Positions 11,271 through 19,233 of a stretch of DNA of 64,000 bases are shown here, piece after piece. Every line of letters begins with the position of its first letter. The stretch's first letter is position 1. Position numbers and translations under genes: made by a program. The notes below the pieces were generated by a model that worked only from the letters and a program-made list of their open reading frames with translations, made no database searches and was not told where the DNA came from. Source of the stretch: an uncultured Acidobacteriota bacterium (lineage in GTDB: Bacteria > Acidobacteriota > Thermoanaerobaculia > Multivoradales > UBA5704); the NCBI GenBank assembly GCA_963718645.1, contig OY970373.1, forward strand, positions 5,802,452 to 5,866,451, given 5' to 3'.

Positions 11271-11463
11271 AGAGATCTTCGCGCGCCTCTCGCTCGAGGG
11301 GCAGGAGCTGGCGCCGGTGATCTACCGCCACCTGCACCCGCGGGCCAACCGCGCGACGGTCCTGCGGCTCGTCGAGTGCCGCCCCTACCGCGCCACGGGC
11401 TACATCTGTGGGAGCTTCCGCAAGCCGATCTCGAAGTGCTGCGGGCCCGATGAGGAACCTTAA
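11251..11463 (+). CDS. Small hypothetical protein (70 aa) inside the RiPP operon
   Basis: Very high GC3 codon bias consistent with real coding. Overlaps the end of the ATP-grasp gene and the start of the SPASM gene. Cys-rich C-terminus (CGSFRKPISKCCGP). Confidence 0.4.
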   Translation: MMKDDPEEIFARLSLEGQELAPVIYRHLHPRANRATVLRLVECRPYRATGYICGSFRKPISKCCGPDEEP

Positions 11464-12520
11464 GGCCGTCTTCTCCCTCTTCGCCTGCTGCCTGCCGGTG
11501 AAGGGAGCGCGCCGCAGCCTCGTCTGCGACCTCCAGCGGCAATCGTTCCAGTTCATCCCCAACGGCCTCTACGAGATCCTGACCGAGCACGCCGGCGAGA
11601 CGGTGGACCAGATCAAGGCGGCCTACGAGCACGAGTACGACACGGAGATCGACGAGTACTTCGCCTTCCTCCTGCACCACGAATTCGGCTTCTGGTGCGG
11701 CCACCCCCAGCGCTTCCCGCCGATCGACCTGACCTGGGAGGCGCCGGAGCGGATCACCAACGCCATCCTCGACCTCGACGAGCGGTCCGACCACGACATC
11801 CCGAAGATCCTCGCCGAGCTCGACGACCTCGGCTGCAAGGCGCTGGAGGTCCGCTGCTTCCACGCCACCCCACTATGCGAGCTGCGCGCACTCCTGGAGG
11901 CGGCCCTCCAGAGCCGGCTGCGCTCGATCGACCTGCTGGCCGGCTTCACCCCCGAGCTCACTCCTGAAGTGCTCGCGAGCCTGGTCGCCGAGCACCGCCG
12001 GGTGAGCAGCGTGGTGGTCCACTCGGCGCCGGCGAACCGGCGGCTCCCGCCGACCCAGACCGGCGTCACGATGGAATTTCGCGCCGAGGTGATCGGCTCT
12101 CCCGCCTGCTGCGGCAAGATCCACCCCGGGTACTTCGTGGTCGACCTGGAGACCTTCGCCGAGGGGCTGCGGCACAACACCTGCCTGAACCGCAAGATCT
12201 CGGTCGACGCCCGCGGGGAGATCCGCAACTGCCCGTCGCTGCCGCGGTCGTTCGGCAACGCGCGCCAGGTGTCGCTGCACAGCGCGCTGGCGCACCGCGA
12301 CTTCGCCGCCCTCTGGTCGATCAACAAGGACCAGATCGACATCTGCAAGGACTGCGAGTTCCGCTACGTCTGCACCGACTGCCGCGCTTATCTCCAGAGC
12401 CCGTCGGACCTCTATTCGAAGCCCTCCAAGTGCGGCTACGACCCCTATACCGCCGAGTGGCGTTCCTCGGCGGAACCGCCGGCCGCGCTGGCCGGCATCA
12501 CGAAAGGAGTTTTCCCATGA
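11450..12520 (+). CDS. SPASM-domain peptide maturase lacking the radical-SAM CxxxCxxC triad (grasp-with-spasm type)
   Basis: C-terminal SPASM cysteine clusters (CCGKIH...; CPSLPRSF...; CKDCEFRYVCTDCRAY; CGYDP). No canonical CxxxCxxC in the N-terminal barrel region. Stop overlaps the precursor start (ATGA). Start may be the annotated 11408 or the internal ATG at 11450. Confidence 0.7.
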   Translation: MRNLKAVFSLFACCLPVKGARRSLVCDLQRQSFQFIPNGLYEILTEHAGETVDQIKAAYEHEYDTEIDEYFAFLLHHEFGFWCGHPQRFPPIDLTWEAPERITNAILDLDERSDHDIPKILAELDDLGCKALEVRCFHATPLCELRALLEAALQSRLRSIDLLAGFTPELTPEVLASLVAEHRRVSSVVVHSAPANRRLPPTQTGVTMEFRAEVIGSPACCGKIHPGYFVVDLETFAEGLRHNTCLNRKISVDARGEIRNCPSLPRSFGNARQVSLHSALAHRDFAALWSINKDQIDICKDCEFRYVCTDCRAYLQSPSDLYSKPSKCGYDPYTAEWRSSAEPPAALAGITKGVFP

Positions 12521-12678
12521 AGAAGAAGATGGAAAGCCTCGGCGACAAGCTGTTCCGCCCGCTGACGGCCACCGAGCAGAAGCGGATTACGGCCGCCATC
12601 ACCACCACCACGGCGGTGACGCTCTATGAGACCGCCAACCCCAACCCCGACACCCAGCGCGACGGCGACCACGAGTAG
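12517..12678 (+). CDS. Putative RiPP precursor peptide (53 aa), ATP-grasp/SPASM target
   Basis: ATG at 12517 with AAGGAG RBS 9 nt upstream. Sequence MKKKMESLGDKLFRPLTATEQKRITAAITTTTAVTLYETANPNPDTQRDGDHE. The Thr/Glu/Asp-rich C-terminal core is suited to omega-ester/amide crosslinking. Immediately followed by a GC hairpin plus T-run terminator. Confidence 0.65.
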   Translation: MKKKMESLGDKLFRPLTATEQKRITAAITTTTAVTLYETANPNPDTQRDGDHE

Positions 12679-12689
12679 GCCGTCTCCTC

Positions 12690-12727
12690 GAGGAGGGGAG
12701 GAGGCTTGCCTCCCTCCCTCCCTTTTT
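12690..12727 (+). terminator. Rho-independent terminator of the RiPP operon
   Basis: ggaggggaggaggcttgcctccctccctccc followed by ttttt. Confidence 0.6.
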
Positions 12728-12912
12728 CGCGAGAGCTTTCAAAGAATCGGGCCCCTTTCTTTGAAAGCCCTCCGAGCTTTGCAAGCTCACTTTCAAAGCT
12801 TCCCGAGCTTTTAAAGAAACAGGCCATTTTCTTTGAAAGCCTCCCGAGCTTTGCAAGTCCTCTTTCAAAGTTTCCCGAGCTTTGAAAGAATCAGGCCGAT
12901 TCCTTTCAAAGC
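12728..12912. repeat. About 2.5 tandem copies of a ~72-bp unit containing 8 copies of the 9-bp palindrome CTTT(C/G)AAAG
   Basis: Read directly: gagctttcaaag...ctttgaaag...gagctttgcaag...ctttcaaag, repeated. Lies between the RiPP terminator and the Fic gene start. Confidence 0.8.
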
Positions 12913-12929
12913 GTCGTAGGATCTGAGAC

Positions 12930-14069
12930 GTGAACCCCGCCGACTTCCATTCTCCCAGCGCCGGACGCGTCGTCCAGGCTCCAGGAGGGTTCGCGGCCTT
13001 CATTCCCGCGCCGCTGCCTCCCGAGCTGGCGTATCCCCCTTCGCTGGTCCTCGCGCTCTCGCGGGCCGACGCCGCCTTGAGCGAGCTGTCGGGGCTCGGC
13101 CGCCAGCTCCCCAATCCCAACCTGCTGATCGCGCCCTACGTCCGTCGCGAGGCGGTGCTCTCCTCGCGGATCGAAGGCACCCGCGCCAGCCTCTCGGACG
13201 TTCTCCTGGACGAGGCCGAGACGGACCGCTCCCAGGATGCCGACGTGCGCGAGGTGCGGAACTACGTGGAGGCGCTGGAGCACGGCCTGGAGCGCCTGCG
13301 GGAGCTGCCGCTCTCGCTGCGCCTCGTCCGCGAGCTGCACGAGCGGCTGATGCAGGGAGTGCGGGGCGACCAGGCCACGCCGGGGGAGTTCCGCCGCTCG
13401 CAGAACTGGATCGGCCCGGCGGGGAGCACGCCGGCGACCGCACCCTACGTGCCGCCGCCGCCCGACGCGATGATGGACTGCCTCGCCGACTGGGAGGGCT
13501 TCCTCCACGACCGCGACCGCCTCCCCGACCTGATCCAGTGCGCCCTGATGCACGAGCAGTTCGAGGCGATCCACCCGTTCCTGGACGGCAATGGCCGCGT
13601 GGGCAGGCTGCTGATCACGCTCTTCCTGGTCGAGCGCGGCCGTCTCCCTCAGCCCCTGCTCTACCTCTCGGACTTCATCGAGAGCCACCGGCAGGACTAT
13701 TACGACTGTCTCCAGAGCGTGCGGACGGAGGGCGACTGGCCCGGCTGGCTCCACTTCTTCCTCGCCGGCGTGGAGGCGACCGCGCGCTCGGCCGTCCGCC
13801 AGGCGAGCCGCCTGATGGACCTGCGCGAGTCCTACCGGCGGCGCCTGAGCCAGCGCCCCAACGCCCTCCGGCTGGTGGACGAGCTGTTCGCGAACCCCTA
13901 CCTCACCGCCGGCAGGGCGGCACGGGTCCTGGGCGTCACCGACCCCACGGCCCGGCAGGCCATCGCTCGCCTCCAAACGGAGGGCCTGCTCGAAGAGGTG
14001 ACCGGCCGGAGCTGGGGACGGATCTATCTGGCGCGGCCGATTTTGGAGGCGATCGAGGATCGGGGGTGA
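12930..14069 (+). CDS. Fic family protein (Fic/DOC AMPylase-type, C-terminal wHTH)
   Basis: Canonical Fic motif HPFLDGNGRVGRLL. GTG start. Confidence 0.85.
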   Translation: MNPADFHSPSAGRVVQAPGGFAAFIPAPLPPELAYPPSLVLALSRADAALSELSGLGRQLPNPNLLIAPYVRREAVLSSRIEGTRASLSDVLLDEAETDRSQDADVREVRNYVEALEHGLERLRELPLSLRLVRELHERLMQGVRGDQATPGEFRRSQNWIGPAGSTPATAPYVPPPPDAMMDCLADWEGFLHDRDRLPDLIQCALMHEQFEAIHPFLDGNGRVGRLLITLFLVERGRLPQPLLYLSDFIESHRQDYYDCLQSVRTEGDWPGWLHFFLAGVEATARSAVRQASRLMDLRESYRRRLSQRPNALRLVDELFANPYLTAGRAARVLGVTDPTARQAIARLQTEGLLEEVTGRSWGRIYLARPILEAIEDRG

Positions 14070-14118
14070 GCACCGAACCCTTTTGGGAAGCGGATATACT
14101 GAACCCGGAGGACGCCGT

Positions 14119-14343
14119 ATGACGATCGCGGACCTGGAATCCAAGATTCTCGAGCTGGACCCGAAGGAACGAGCGCGCCTGGCTCAACGGCTCCTCGAAA
14201 GCCTGGAGGCGCTCTCCGAAGCTGAAGTCGAGGCACTCTGGCTGAGAGAAGCCGATCATCGGGACCAACAGCTCGACCAGGACCCCTCTCGCGCCATCCC
14301 CGGCGCCGACGTCCTGCGCGAGGCGCGTTCCCTGCTCTCGTGA
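14119..14343 (+). CDS. Putative addiction-module antitoxin component (TIGR02574-like)
   Basis: MTIADLESKILELDPKERARLAQRLLESL... is typical of this antitoxin family. Overlaps the downstream ParE-like gene by 4 nt. Confidence 0.6.
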   Translation: MTIADLESKILELDPKERARLAQRLLESLEALSEAEVEALWLREADHRDQQLDQDPSRAIPGADVLREARSLLS

Positions 14344-14522
14344 GCTTGACCTACTCCTTTGCTCCCGAAGCTCGATTCGAGCTTCTTGAGTCGATCCAAT
14401 ACTACGAATCCGAGAGTCCCGGGCTCGGCTCTGCCTTTCTCTCCTCCGTGAACGAGGGGATCGAGCAACTCCTTGCCTTCCCTGGTCTTCGCGTCGCCTT
14501 TCAATCCGGCTCCGCGTCCTGA
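14340..14522 (+). pseudogene. RelE/ParE-family toxin, C-terminally truncated (~60 of ~95 aa)
   Basis: N-terminal half matches ParE (MSLTYSFAPEARFELLESIQYYESESPGLGSAFLSSVNEGIEQLLAFPG). It then diverges and stops. The conserved C-terminal RxxxxY/H region is missing. Confidence 0.5.
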
Positions 14523-14551
14523 TCCCACTCCGCCTCGGGTTCATCGCCGGC

Positions 14552-15043
14552 ATGTCGCGCCTGCTCTCCGCCCATCCGCGGATCGGCGCGGCGATGCGCG
14601 GCGCCTTCTTCGAGATCATGTTTGCCCCGGGAGCGATGGACCGTGCCGAGCGCGAGATGGTCGCCGCCGTCGACTCGGCGGCGCAGGGGTGCGAGTTCTG
14701 AACCGTCTCTCACGCAGAGTTTCTGCGTGTCGAGAAGAACGATCCCGCCCTGGTCGAGGCGATCCGGCTCCGGCGCTGGCGTGATCTGCCCGGGCTCACC
14801 GCGCGCCAGCGCGCCCTCTGTACGGTGGCCGAGAAGCTGACCCTGACGCCGCTGGCGATGACCGCCGCCGACTGGCAACCGCTGCGCGACCTCGGGTTCG
14901 ACGATCAGGGACTGCTGGAGGTCGGGCACCTGATCAGTATCTTCAACTACTTTCCGCGCATGGCGGACGGCTTCGGCCTGAAGCCCGACTCCCGGTTCCT
15001 CGAAGCCGCGAGGACCGGCGTGCCGCTGCGGAGGTCTTCCTGA
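14552..15043 (+). CDS. AhpD-like (carboxymuconolactone decarboxylase family) protein with in-frame TGA at the CxxC motif (C-E-F-U-x-x-x-H). Candidate selenoprotein or pseudogene. Lacks ~25 N-terminal residues.
   Basis: Single reading frame 14522-15043 aligns to the AhpD-core family (…AAQGCEF*TVSHAEFLR…). TGA at 14699-14701 falls where the second Cys of CxxCxxxH is expected. Hairpin ctct-cacgcag-agttt-ctgcgtg-(tc)-gaga begins 9 nt downstream (14707-14735). Confidence 0.5.
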
Positions 15044-15174
15044 GTCTTGAAGAACCGAGAGCCGGCGCCGCCCTCCGATTCGGGCTTTAACAGGCAAAAT
15101 CGGGCTACTTGTTTTTCGGACGCGAACGAGATTTGACGGCGCGGCTGCCTGGGGGAGCCGCGCCGCAGAGGCGC

Positions 15175-15969
15175 CTAAAGGAAGAGCCCTTCGATGGTCT
15201 CCTGGATCTGCCGCGCCGCCTGGTAGGGGTCGGGGGCGTTGCGGATCGGGCGGCCGACGACGAGGTAGTCGGCGCCGTTGCAGAGGGCCTGCTCGACGGT
15301 GACCACCCGTTTCTGGTCGTCCGCGGGGCGGTTCTCGGCCGGACGGATGCCGGGGGTGACGATCAGCGGCCCGTCGCCCAGGGTCTCGCGCAGGCTCCGC
15401 GCCTCCTGGCCGGAGGCGACCACGCCGTCGCAACCGAGGTCGACCGCCTGCTTCGCCCGCGCCAGCACCAGGGAGTGGACGTCGGCCTGGAAGCCCATGT
15501 CGCGCAGGTCCTCCTGGCTGAGGCTGGTGAGCACGGTGACGGCGAGGATCCGGAGATCCCCCTTCTCGCGGCAGGCGGCTTCCAGGATGGCGGCGCTGCC
15601 GGCGTGGACCGTGGTGAGGGTGATCGGCCAGTTGCGGAGCTGGCGGACGGCGGAGCGCACGGTCTCGGGGACGTCGAAGAGCTTGAGGTCGGCGAAGACC
15701 TTGTTGCCGCGCTCGACCAGCCACTCGATCAGCTCGAAATAGCCGCCGGTGGCGAACAGCTCGAGGCCGACCTTGTAGAACTGCACCGCGTCGTCGAGGC
15801 GCTCGACCAGGCGCTTGGCCTCGTCGACGCTCGGCACGTCGAGAGCGAAGATCAGCCGGTCTTCGGGGGGGATCGTCTTGGTGGAGAGGAACCGGGCGTC
15901 GCCGGCTTCGGGGTGCCGGGTTTCGGGATGCTGAGGATGCTGCGGGGTCTCGGGGGTGCTCTGGGTCAT
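15175..15969 (-). CDS. pyrF: Orotidine 5'-phosphate decarboxylase
   Basis: Conserved OMP-decarboxylase motifs (KVGLELF, DLKLFDVPETV, ILAVTVLTS, GxxxxVxGRPI). Confidence 0.85.
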   Translation of the reverse strand: MTQSTPETPQHPQHPETRHPEAGDARFLSTKTIPPEDRLIFALDVPSVDEAKRLVERLDDAVQFYKVGLELFATGGYFELIEWLVERGNKVFADLKLFDVPETVRSAVRQLRNWPITLTTVHAGSAAILEAACREKGDLRILAVTVLTSLSQEDLRDMGFQADVHSLVLARAKQAVDLGCDGVVASGQEARSLRETLGDGPLIVTPGIRPAENRPADDQKRVVTVEQALCNGADYLVVGRPIRNAPDPYQAARQIQETIEGLFL

Positions 15970-16168
15970 GTTTGCCCTCCGAGGATGCGACGATAGCACA
16001 GAGGGGATGGGGGCGCTCGCGGCCTGCGACCTCACCCTCGGTCCCTCTCCTGAAGGAGAGGGAGGGCCCTCGTAGGATAGTTCGGTTCGAAATCGCCCCC
16101 CTTCTCCTTCAGGAGAAGGGCCGGGGATGAGGTTGCAGGCCGCAGGGGCCGATCGAAGCTGAATTCTT

Positions 16169-16516
16169 CTACTTCACCCCCAGCAGCTCCACCTCGAAGA
16201 TCAGCGTCGCATTGGCCGGGATCACGCCGCCGGCGCCGCGGGTGCCGTAGCCGAGGTCGGCGGGGATGGTGAGGCGGCGCTTGCCGCCGATCTTCATGCC
16301 GGCGACCCCCTCGTCCCAGCCGCGGATGACCTGGCCGGCGCCGAGCTTGAAGCTGAAGGGGCCGCGGCCGACGCTGGAGTCGAACTTGGTGCCGTTCTCC
16401 AGCCAGCCGGTGTAGTGGACGTTGACGGTCTGCCCGGCCGTCGCTTCCTGGCCGGTGCCTGTGACGGTGTCGGTGTACTTGAGGCCGGAGGCGGTGGTGA
16501 TTTCCTGGTCTGCCAT
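16169..16516 (-). CDS. FKBP-type peptidyl-prolyl cis-trans isomerase
   Basis: 115 aa, FKBP12-like core ([12 protein letters not shown]...[16 protein letters not shown]...[20 protein letters not shown]...LIFEVELL). Confidence 0.9.
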   Translation of the reverse strand: MADQEITTASGLKYTDTVTGTGQEATAGQTVNVHYTGWLENGTKFDSSVGRGPFSFKLGAGQVIRGWDEGVAGMKIGGKRRLTIPADLGYGTRGAGGVIPANATLIFEVELLGVK

Positions 16517-16573
16517 GGGCGTCTCCCGAGTCCGCTCAAGGGCTGGGGCCCATCCCCGCCCAGGTCGGGGAGC

Positions 16574-17044
16574 TTACCGCACTCCCAGCAGCTCGAACTC
16601 GTAATAGAGCACGGAGCCGGGCGGCACGACGCTGCCAACCCCCTGCTTGCCGAAGCCGAGGTCGGGCGGGATGACCAGCCGCCGCTTCCCCCCCACCTTC
16701 ATGCCGACCAGCCCCTCGTCCCACCCCTTGATGGCGTCGCCGGCGCCGAGGCGGAAGGTGAACGGGCGGTCGCGGTCGCGGCTGGAGTCGAACCGCGTGC
16801 CGTCCCCCAGCCAGCCGACGTACTGTACGGCGACGATTTTGCCGGCCTGCGCCTCGTCGCCCGACCCGAGCCGGAGGTCGACGTAGCGCAGGCCGCTCGC
16901 GGTGACCACCTCCGGGGCGGTCACCGTGGCGTCCGAGCGCGCCTGCGTGGGTCCGGGCGCCGCGAGGAGGAGCTCCGGGCGCGGTCCCGCGACGGTCAGG
17001 AGGGTGGCGATGAGGAGGAGCGGAACGATCGTCTTCGGGTGCAT
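16574..17044 (-). CDS. FKBP-type peptidyl-prolyl cis-trans isomerase, secreted (signal peptide)
   Basis: Signal peptide plus FKBP core paralogous to the upstream gene. Confidence 0.85.
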   Translation of the reverse strand: MHPKTIVPLLLIATLLTVAGPRPELLLAAPGPTQARSDATVTAPEVVTASGLRYVDLRLGSGDEAQAGKIVAVQYVGWLGDGTRFDSSRDRDRPFTFRLGAGDAIKGWDEGLVGMKVGGKRRLVIPPDLGFGKQGVGSVVPPGSVLYYEFELLGVR

Positions 17045-17129
17045 GGGGTCGATCTCCCTGTGGAATCGACGGCTGGCGACGGCTTCGTTTCCGGATTGAA
17101 GGGTCCGATTGTACGTCAGTTCGGGCTCG

Positions 17130-18461
17130 TCAAGTCGCCCGCCGCACCACTCGCCCGTCCTTGACCACAGCGGCGACCGGATTGATCCCGTAGTGATAGA
17201 CGAGGTGGAGGAGGTTGGGTGCCTGGAGCAGCACGAGGTCCGCGCGCTTGCCCGCCTCGATCGAGCCGATCTCGCTCCCGAGGCCGAGGCAGCAGGCGGA
17301 GTTCAGGGTGGCGGCGGCGAGGCTCTCCTCGATGGTGAGCCCCAGTTGGAAGACGGCGAGCAGCACCACCATCGGCATCGACTCGGTGTAGGACGAGCCC
17401 GGGTTGCAGTCGGTGGCGAGGGCGACCGGCACGCCGGCCTCGATCAGCCGGCGGGCGGGCGCGTAGTGCTGCTTCTTGAGAAAGAAGCTGGTGCCGGGGA
17501 GGAGCACGGCGGTGACCCCCGAGCGCGCCAGCGCGTCGACACCGGCCGGCGACACCGCCATCAGGTGGTCGGCCGAGAAGGCGCCGAGGTCGGCGGCGAG
17601 CTCGGCGCCGCCGGAGTCCACGAACTCGTCGGCATGGAGGCGGGGGAGCAGGCCATGGCGCGCGCCGGCCTCCAGCACCCGGCGCGACTCCGCCGCCGAG
17701 AACACCCCCACCTCGCAGAATACGTCGCAGAAGCGGGCGAGCCCGGCTTCGGCGGTGGCGGGCACGATCTCCTCGCAGATCTGGTCGACCCAGCGGCTCC
17801 GGCCTTTTCCGTTGTCGCCGCCGTAGTCCCCACGATACTCGGGTGGCACCTCGTGGGCGGCGAGCAGCGTCGGCACCAGGTCGACCGCATGGCGGGAGGA
17901 GGCCTCGCGGATGGCGCGGAGCTGCTTGAGCTCGTCCACCTGGTTGAGGCCGTAGCCGCTCTTCGCCTCGGCGGTGGTGGTACCCCAGGCGAGCATCTGG
18001 TCCATGCGGCGCAGCACGTTGCCGATCAGGTCGTCCTCGCTCGCCCGGCGGGTGGCCGCCACGGTCGACAGGATGCCGCCCCCGGCCGCCGCGATCTCCT
18101 GATAGGTCGTCCCCGCCAGCCGCTTCGCGAACTCGTCCTCGCGGCTGCCGGCCCAGGGGAGATGGGTGTGGGGATCGACGAACCCCGGGATCAGCGTCCC
18201 CCCCTGGCCGTCGAGCCGCTCGGCGTCCGGAAGCTCGCCGAACTGCCGCCGCCGCTCCTCGGGGGAGCCCACGAAGGCGATCCGGCCGTCGCGGCAGACC
18301 ACCTCCGCGTTCGCGATCCGGCGCACCCGCCGCTGCTCGGCGCCGCGGAGAGGCTGGGAGCCTTCGGGGGTGGCCACCTCGGCGAGGTTGTGGAGGAGGA
18401 GGTCGGTCACGGAGGGGGATTGTGGACCTTTCCCCGGGAAAAGCACAACACGGACGAACAC
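17130..18461 (-). CDS. hutI: Imidazolonepropionase (amidohydrolase family)
   Basis: VDPHTHLPWAGSR...KSGYGL...HADE metal-binding motifs of HutI. True start is probably a few codons inside the ORF. Confidence 0.8.
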   Translation of the reverse strand: MFVRVVLFPGKGPQSPSVTDLLLHNLAEVATPEGSQPLRGAEQRRVRRIANAEVVCRDGRIAFVGSPEERRRQFGELPDAERLDGQGGTLIPGFVDPHTHLPWAGSREDEFAKRLAGTTYQEIAAAGGGILSTVAATRRASEDDLIGNVLRRMDQMLAWGTTTAEAKSGYGLNQVDELKQLRAIREASSRHAVDLVPTLLAAHEVPPEYRGDYGGDNGKGRSRWVDQICEEIVPATAEAGLARFCDVFCEVGVFSAAESRRVLEAGARHGLLPRLHADEFVDSGGAELAADLGAFSADHLMAVSPAGVDALARSGVTAVLLPGTSFFLKKQHYAPARRLIEAGVPVALATDCNPGSSYTESMPMVVLLAVFQLGLTIEESLAAATLNSACCLGLGSEIGSIEAGKRADLVLLQAPNLLHLVYHYGINPVAAVVKDGRVVRRAT

Positions 18462-18545
18462 GGACGGACACGGACGACCACGGACAGCAGGGGAACCGCC
18501 GGACTCTTGTCCGTGTTCGTCCGTGTCAGTCCGTGCTCGTCCGTG
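18417..18545. repeat. Imperfect palindrome built from CACGGAC(G/A) heptamer repeats (4 direct units, ~20-bp spacer, 4 inverted units)
   Basis: cacggacgaacacggacggacacggacgaccacggac ... gtccgtgttcgtccgtgtcagtccgtgctcgtccgtg, read directly. Located between the hutI start and the AbiEii-like gene end. Confidence 0.8.
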
Positions 18546-19233
18546 TGCTGCTTCCCAACCCCACCCGCCCCCTCCCCATCTCCCGCACCTCGCCGCGCAG
18601 CCAGGCCTCCACCTCGGCCCAGTCGAGCGGCACGGCCAGGCGGGGCATTGGTTCGCCTTCGATCTCGGAGAGGTCGGCGAGCCCCTTCAGCGCCTGGAGG
18701 GGGAAGTCGCGGACGTGGCCGAACTTGTCCTCGGCGAAATCGAACAGGGTGGCGAGCGGGAGGCGGCGGCAGAGGAGGTAGAGGTCCACGAAGTCGCGGC
18801 GGCTGCCGCGGCTGATGATGGCGCCGAGCTTCATCAGGCCGAGGTCGACCGCCGAGGCCACCGCCAGCCCCGAGATCTCCTCGAAGGGCTGGACGAGAGG
18901 ATAGGGGTAGTAGAAGAGGCGGAGCCCCACGGCGCCGGCGGCCCCGCCAGCGAGCCGGGCGAAGAGGTAGCCGTCCCGCGCGGTTTCGACGGCGGCGGTG
19001 GGGTCGGCCGCCAGCAGCTCGGCGAGGAGATCGCGGCGGTCCGCGCTGGCCAGCCGGTTGGCGTTGCTCATCAGGTCGAGATCGGTGACCGGCCTGTGGC
19101 CGAGGTAGAGGGCGAGCGCGGCCGAGCCGGCGAGGTAGAAGTCCTCCGGCCAGGCGCGGGCGGCGAGCTTCGGGAGCAGCTCCTGCGCCCGCGGGGAGAG
19201 CGACTCGGGGTGCGCGAGCGTCAGAGCGGCCAC
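18526..19233 (-). CDS. Nucleotidyltransferase, AbiEii/AbiGii toxin family (DUF1814)
   Basis: LAGSAALALYLGHRPVTDLDLMS nucleotidyltransferase-fold motif (GS...D.D). Size and architecture match AbiEii type IV TA toxins. Confidence 0.6.
   Translation of the reverse strand: MAALTLAHPESLSPRAQELLPKLAARAWPEDFYLAGSAALALYLGHRPVTDLDLMSNANRLASADRRDLLAELLAADPTAAVETARDGYLFARLAGGAAGAVGLRLFYYPYPLVQPFEEISGLAVASAVDLGLMKLGAIISRGSRRDFVDLYLLCRRLPLATLFDFAEDKFGHVRDFPLQALKGLADLSEIEGEPMPRLAVPLDWAEVEAWLRGEVREMGRGRVGLGSSTRTSTD

Noticed and set aside
12680-12912. Possible CRISPR array (regular repeats)
   Set aside because: Repeat units are ~9-bp palindromes within two alternating spacers of a 72-bp tandem duplication. 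This is not a 25-40-bp direct-repeat/unique-spacer architecture, and no cas genes are nearby.
15109-15996. 295-aa + strand ORF over pyrF
   Set aside because: Antisense to a well-supported pyrF. No motifs.
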